Source: an uncultured virus (IMG/VR IMGVR_UViG_3300046007_009360)
Lineage: Duplodnaviria > Heunggongvirae > Uroviricota > Caudoviricetes
DNA length: 64,000 nt
Virus record (IMG/VR): IMGVR_UViG_3300046007_009360
Reading direction: 5' to 3' (one strand)
The translations under genes and the position numbers were made by a program. Numbering within the stretch: position 1 is the stretch's first letter; every line of letters begins with the position of its first letter. Shown piece after piece: positions 58,793-64,000 of the stretch. The notes below the pieces were generated by a model. The model ran no database searches. It had not been told where the DNA came from and saw nothing but the letters and a program-made list of their open reading frames with translations.

Positions 58793-59783
58793 TATCGCTA
58801 AAGAACAGAATTTTGTTAGGAAATTATATAGAGATATATTAAATGGTTTTTCTGTTTTTTATTTAAAAGAAAAATCTTTTTCATTTAGGCATCTGTCGGA
58901 AGTTGAAGTTTGCTCTAGTAACGAGGTATACATAAAAGAATTTGATAAAGCCAAAATGCAAGGTCTTTTATCTGCAGAAGACAAGATAAAATTATTATGT
59001 AGAGATAAAGTATGGTCTGAAGAGAAAGAGGCTGAAATACAAAAGTTATCAGATCAAATTATAACATTACAAAATACAATTAAAAAATTAGTTATTAAAT
59101 CTCAAGTCAATAAGGTTAAAAATGATCTAAAAGAAAAAGAAAACCTTTTAAAAAATATAATAAAAGAAAGAGATGAACTCCTTGGGCTTACTGCTGATAA
59201 TTTTGCTTATAAAAAATCTAATGAATATATAATATATTCAAGTTTATATGAATCAGACGGAAAGACTCCAATGTTTAAACAGGAAGATGAATTTGCCGAA
59301 TTAAATGAGGTAGATCTGATTGAATATATACAGATATACAAAGAATTCATTAATAATTTTAAGATTGATAATATTAAAAAGATAGCTGTGTCCCCGTTCT
59401 TTATGAATACATTTTTTCTATGTGAAGATGATCCTTTTTTATTTTTTGGTAAACCAGTAGTTAACTTGACTCAATATCAATGTGATTTATTTTCTTTAGC
59501 TAGAAACTATAAATATTACTTGTCAAAGTCAGGAGAAAATCCTCCCGCAAATGTTAAAAGTCTTGGTGAATTAGTATCTTGGTATGAAAATAGACAGATA
59601 ATTAGCAATCTAAAAGAAAAAGACTCTAACAAAATGGGTCAAAGTTACGTAGGAGCTTCTAAAGAGGAGCTCAAGTTAATGACATCGAACTCTAAAGATG
59701 AAGTTGTTGACCTAGCAGAAGAAGCAAAAAAGGCTGGCGGAAATCTATCCTTTGATCAGATATTAAAAATTCATGGTGTTTAG
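58785..59783 (+). CDS. tail assembly chaperone (putative)
   Basis: Immediately before tape measure. Confidence 0.5.
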   Translation: MNDIAKEQNFVRKLYRDILNGFSVFYLKEKSFSFRHLSEVEVCSSNEVYIKEFDKAKMQGLLSAEDKIKLLCRDKVWSEEKEAEIQKLSDQIITLQNTIKKLVIKSQVNKVKNDLKEKENLLKNIIKERDELLGLTADNFAYKKSNEYIIYSSLYESDGKTPMFKQEDEFAELNEVDLIEYIQIYKEFINNFKIDNIKKIAVSPFFMNTFFLCEDDPFLFFGKPVVNLTQYQCDLFSLARNYKYYLSKSGENPPANVKSLGELVSWYENRQIISNLKEKDSNKMGQSYVGASKEELKLMTSNSKDEVVDLAEEAKKAGGNLSFDQILKIHGV

Positions 59784-59827
59784 TTATTAATTAAATTTCT
59801 GTGTAATAATATTAAAGGATTACTTAA

Positions 59828-62800
59828 ATGGCACAAGGTCGGGACCAGATCATTATCGATGTTCTTGGCAATACAAAGCCACTAGAGAAGAATATTGCCA
59901 AAGTAGCTAATCAAGCCTTAACTTTAAATACCAAGAACTTCTCTCAGCCATTAGGTAAAATTAGTGGTCAATTAGGTGAATTTGAAAAATCATTAGCCGC
60001 ATCTAATGCTCGTGTTATCGCCTTCGGCGCCTCTGCTGGAGCAATTTTTGCAATCCAAAGAGCTTTTGATGCTACAATTAAAAGCGTAATTGAAGTAGAG
60101 AAGTCATTAGCAGATATTAACGTAATCCTAAATGTTAGTCAAAAAAGTTTAGCTACTTTTGGTAATAGATTGTTTGACATAGCAAAGAATACTGGATTAT
60201 CATTCGCCGAAGTTGCTAAAGCTGCTACAGAATTTTCTCGTCAAGGTTTAGGAATAGAAGATACTCTAAAGCGAACAAGCGATGCGCTCATATTAACTAG
60301 ATTAAGTGGTCTTGATACAGTCGCTAGCGTTGAGGCTTTAACTGCCGCAATTAATTCATTTAATAGCACAGCTTTAACTTCTACTCAAATAGTTAATAAA
60401 TTAGCAGCTGTTGACGCAGCTTTCGCAGTAAGTTCAGCGGATTTAGCAGAAGCAATTAAAAGAGTAGGTAGTTCTGCTGACGACGTAGGTGTTACATTTG
60501 ATCAATTAATTAGTTTAGTTACATCTGCTCAACAAATTACTTCGAGAGGTGGTAGTGTTATTGGTAATTCATTTAAAACAATCTTTACAAGATTACAAAG
60601 ACCAAAAACACTTGAAGCATTAGAAGAGATTGGCGTCGCGACAAGAGATCAAGAAGGAAATATATTACCTCTTATACAGATCCTAAATCAACTTTCTCAA
60701 ACTTATGATAAATTAGGTTCTGTACAGAAAGCTCAATTAGCAGAAACGATTGGTGGAGTATTTCAAATCAACATATTAAAAGCCGCTCTAGGCGATTTAT
60801 CTAGAGAATATTCTATCTTCTCAAGAGCTTTAGAAATTTCAACAGGAGCTACAGACGAAGCAAATAGAAGAAATGAAGCTTTAAATCAAACTCTAGCAGC
60901 GACTGTAAATAAAACAGTAGTTAATTTACAAAATGCAGCTACAGATATTGGTAATTTAGCAATAGCTCCAGCACTACAAAAAGCTTTAGGTGGATTAAAT
61001 TATGTATTAGAGAATTTTGGCACAGAAGAGAGCGAAGGAGTTGGAGCGAAAATTGGAGAAGGTCTCGCTAGAGGGCTCGGTAACTTTTTAAGTGGACCAG
61101 GTTTATTATTAGGCGCAGCATCACTAATTAAAATTTTCGAAAGATTAACTGTATTTACCGCAGATGCATTTAAACAATTAACTGGATTAAATACTCAAAC
61201 TGCAGAACAAAGAGTTCTTCAAACTCAGATTTTAAATCTTATAGGCAGAAATCCTCAGATTATTGAGCAGATTAATAATGGAAGTTTAAATACAGCAAAT
61301 TTACATAGACAGATCCTAAGTCTTATAGAACAAGAAACTGTAGCCATGCAAAGACAAGTTGCTGTTGCCGATTCTTTAACAAAAAGTCTAATGAGCGCAG
61401 GAGTTAGAGTAGCTCAAACAGGAGCAATGAGAGGAACAGCTGTAAAGCCCAAGTCTTTTGGTTTTATTCCTAATTTTAGTGCATCACAAGAAATCATGGG
61501 AGCCTTGGCTGGCGGCTATGCTCCAGGACAAATACGAAGTACATTTATACCAAACTATGGAAAAGTAACTTATAATAGCGCAGAAACAGTTAAAAAATTT
61601 AGTGGAATGTCTCAACCAGCTATTATGCCTCCTAGTGATAGTTTGGCAGGTAAATCATATAAGAAAAATTTTCAGGCAGCGCATGGCTTTAATCCATATG
61701 CAAATCAAGGATTTATCCCTAATTTCGCCGCTTTAGAAGGAAATCCTTATCAACAAAATTATGTAAAGCTCCAAGGCGAACTTAAGAATATTGCAAGCGT
61801 AGGAGCAGCTGGAGTATCAATAAGTAAAATCGGTAAAGCTCTTGGTGTTGTTAAAGGGCCAGAAGGTAATTTCTATGTTCCATTTAATAATTATGAAAAA
61901 TTAATTAAAGCTTCAAAACAAGATTTAGAAAAGGGAGCCGCAGCAAGGGGAGGAAAATTTGAAGGAAAAATAGAGCCATATGCATTAGTTTATCCAAGTT
62001 TTGGTATGTCTAAACCATTCACAAGTGCAGGAAGAGCGGGAGGTAAATCTGTAGGCTTTGATGTAGTACCATTTCCAGGAAATATAAAAGGTCAAAGTAA
62101 TAATATAATTGGTCCAAATCTCTATAAAAATTCATTAAAAGCTCTTGTAGATAATGCTTCTGATTTCTTAGTTAATCTCGCTGGAGTTGATCCAGATGTC
62201 ATAAATGATCAAAAATTTAAAAATTATTTATATAGTAATATAAGCCAAGATCAAATTGGCACTTTAGTTGGTAATGCTTTTGAAGGTGGAATACTTGCCT
62301 CTCTAAATATTGTACCAGATGATAGATCAAGAATTTTAGACTTAAATCAATCAGAAATCAAAAAACTTGGAGAGACATTTAAGATTCCTTCTTTAACTTC
62401 TGGTAAATACCTAGGTGGAGATTTTAAAAATGCGCTAAGTCCATACAATTTAGATAGTATGGCAGGAAAAATATTAAATAGTAGATTAAATAAGAGTTTT
62501 GGATTTGTTCCTAATTTTTCTCCAATTAGTAAAGCTTTTCAAACTGAAAAAGGTCTTGGTGGATCACCAGTATTAGATTATCAATCTGGAGTAGGATTAT
62601 ATGTTCGAGATCGTAAAACTCAACCAAATTTTGCTGCAGTAAAAAGAGATCATCCAGAAGGCTTATCTAAAGCTATGAGTAATTCATATGCTATGCAAAA
62701 AAGTATGGCGGCTTTTGGGTTTGTTCCAAATTTTGCGACATTAACCGCACAGGAAATGGCAACAAGCGCTACGCTTGCAAAAGGTATAACTGGAGATACA

Positions 62801-64000
62801 CCACTTAGAAAATTATATCAAGAAGTAGAACAAACTGCAGTAGTACAAAATAAAACTAAGTTTGATCTGGAAAAATATAGAGAAAAATTAATATTTGCAT
62901 CTTTCGGTCTATCTATCGCTGGCTCTTTCTTTTCTGAATTAGCCGGAGACAATGAAATAATGGCTAAAAATATTAATGGATTTTCGCAGGGTTTATCAAC
63001 AGCATTGACTGCTACACAATTAATTCCTGGTCCAATAGGTTTAGTTGTTGGAGGATTAGGAGCGTTATATGCAGGGGTAAATTTTCTGGCAAAAACCTTT
63101 AGAGATAATGGTGAGCAAATCGGCAGGAATTTAGAAAAAATCAAAGAAGAAACAACAACGTTTACTAATTCTACTTCTAACTATTCACAAGCTTTACAAA
63201 AATTAACTGACGCTTATAAAAATACAAAAACACCAGCAGAAACAATAGTTAAATTAAATCAAGATTTAGCTAAAGCCGCAATGGAATTACCAGAAAAGTA
63301 TCGATTACAATTACTAGCTATAACAGATAATACAAGACTTCAAGAAGAAGTAAATAAAATACAAGCTGGCCTAGCTCAAGAACAAAGAAGTTTAGAATTT
63401 GCTACAAAAGTTAACGCAAGACTTGCAGAAGGTGGAATATTTGGTGCCCCAACTGTATTTGGAACTTCTGGTGCGACAAGAGGGGCTGCAAGGGAAATTT
63501 TTGGTGGACTATCTAAAGAAGGACAAGTTAAATTTTTACAAGACTTAAATCAACAACTATTTAAATTAAATCAACCAGAATTGATATCTTATCTAGAGAA
63601 ATATTATGGATTAAATTCAGATATTTCCAATGTTCTATCTAGATTAGGAGAAGAAGAATTTAAAAATTTATCAACAGGATTATTTTTATTTGCTGAAGGT
63701 GTTAAAAATGCTCAAAAAGAATTTGAAGAAACTGACGCAGTAAGAAGAGAACAGATTAAAACTCAAACAGAGCTTAAAAAAGAAACAGATCGAGCTAAAA
63801 TATCATTAGATAATTTAAATCAATCATTAATTGATCTAATTAATATTAGCATAAGATCTCAAACTTTTAGACAGACATTTGGTGGGATTAGTGCTGCAAA
63901 TACTAGGGGCGTTGGTTTAGCTAGAGCAGGAGACCTATTAAATTATCAACAATTATTTAGATCAGAAGATTCTACAAATGCAATTAAATCAAGAATTGAC
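59828..64000 (+). CDS. tape measure protein, TP901-like (3' truncated; absent from ORF track)
   Basis: Hand-translated MAQGRDQII...AATEFSRQG...LTAAINSF...VNKLAAVDAAFAVSSADLAEAIKRVGS...IGNSFKTIFTRL; the same frame is still open at 64000. Confidence 0.88.
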   Translation, partial: MAQGRDQIIIDVLGNTKPLEKNIAKVANQALTLNTKNFSQPLGKISGQLGEFEKSLAASNARVIAFGASAGAIFAIQRAFDATIKSVIEVEKSLADINVILNVSQKSLATFGNRLFDIAKNTGLSFAEVAKAATEFSRQGLGIEDTLKRTSDALILTRLSGLDTVASVEALTAAINSFNSTALTSTQIVNKLAAVDAAFAVSSADLAEAIKRVGSSADDVGVTFDQLISLVTSAQQITSRGGSVIGNSFKTIFTRLQRPKTLEALEEIGVATRDQEGNILPLIQILNQLSQTYDKLGSVQKAQLAETIGGVFQINILKAALGDLSREYSIFSRALEISTGATDEANRRNEALNQTLAATVNKTVVNLQNAATDIGNLAIAPALQKALGGLNYVLENFGTEESEGVGAKIGEGLARGLGNFLSGPGLLLGAASLIKIFERLTVFTADAFKQLTGLNTQTAEQRVLQTQILNLIGRNPQIIEQINNGSLNTANLHRQILSLIEQETVAMQRQVAVADSLTKSLMSAGVRVAQTGAMRGTAVKPKSFGFIPNFSASQEIMGALAGGYAPGQIRSTFIPNYGKVTYNSAETVKKFSGMSQPAIMPPSDSLAGKSYKKNFQAAHGFNPYANQGFIPNFAALEGNPYQQNYVKLQGELKNIASVGAAGVSISKIGKALGVVKGPEGNFYVPFNNYEKLIKASKQDLEKGAAARGGKFEGKIEPYALVYPSFGMSKPFTSAGRAGGKSVGFDVVPFPGNIKGQSNNIIGPNLYKNSLKALVDNASDFLVNLAGVDPDVINDQKFKNYLYSNISQDQIGTLVGNAFEGGILASLNIVPDDRSRILDLNQSEIKKLGETFKIPSLTSGKYLGGDFKNALSPYNLDSMAGKILNSRLNKSFGFVPNFSPISKAFQTEKGLGGSPVLDYQSGVGLYVRDRKTQPNFAAVKRDHPEGLSKAMSNSYAMQKSMAAFGFVPNFATLTAQEMATSATLAKGITGDTPLRKLYQEVEQTAVVQNKTKFDLEKYREKLIFASFGLSIAGSFFSELAGDNEIMAKNINGFSQGLSTALTATQLIPGPIGLVVGGLGALYAGVNFLAKTFRDNGEQIGRNLEKIKEETTTFTNSTSNYSQALQKLTDAYKNTKTPAETIVKLNQDLAKAAMELPEKYRLQLLAITDNTRLQEEVNKIQAGLAQEQRSLEFATKVNARLAEGGIFGAPTVFGTSGATRGAAREIFGGLSKEGQVKFLQDLNQQLFKLNQPELISYLEKYYGLNSDISNVLSRLGEEEFKNLSTGLFLFAEGVKNAQKEFEETDAVRREQIKTQTELKKETDRAKISLDNLNQSLIDLINISIRSQTFRQTFGGISAANTRGVGLARAGDLLNYQQLFRSEDSTNAIKSRID

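Noticed and set aside
58010..59783. Programmed frameshift between the tail chaperone genes
   Set aside because: The second ORF has its own GTG start overlapping the first stop, and I saw no clear slippery heptamer at the junction
30451..63144. Minus-strand ORFs within the late module (e.g. 31231..31629, 42561..43022, 46527..46844, 62818..63144)
   Set aside because: Antisense shadows of long, well-supported + strand genes
1..64000. Stop-codon reassignment
   Set aside because: Long genes are intact under the standard code, all three stops terminate genes, and no suppressor tRNA was found

Overview
The window is a 64 kb segment of an AT-rich, large tailed dsDNA phage genome. It looks siphovirus-like: a tail tube and tape measure are present and no sheath is seen. 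(1) 1-26 kb is an accessory/early region of many small ORFs, including HhH glycosylase-like, deaminase, 3D-domain, MazG, DUF6878/DUF6915-like, DUF932-like, ArdC-like, Gp88-like and SleB-like genes. It also holds 7 tRNAs and several structured non-coding segments. Many genes there have their own sigma70-type promoter placed so that the mRNA would be leaderless. (2) 26.3-64 kb is a late module: PhoH, a sigma-like factor, an ERCC4 nuclease, terminase, portal, lysis genes, protease/scaffold, capsid, tail fibre/LamG proteins, neck, tail tube and a partial tape measure. Many of these genes are preceded by a shared GTGTAA(T/A) motif. The most striking unexplained structure is a dispersed family of 27-bp palindromes (GTAAGTCGTTGA-N3-TCAACGACTTAC) confined to 15.0-26.1 kb. 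There are 21 copies; 18 of them form nine pairs at a 48-49 bp period around a GC-rich spacer. They bracket promoter+gene units, some of which are paralogous duplicates, suggesting a cassette-like shuffling or operator system. Other highlights are a ~370-nt promoter-driven structured RNA candidate, a UAU-anticodon tRNA with a long variable arm, and a GC-rich multi-stem element inside the virion genes. All product calls come from motif recognition by eye; no searches were run.
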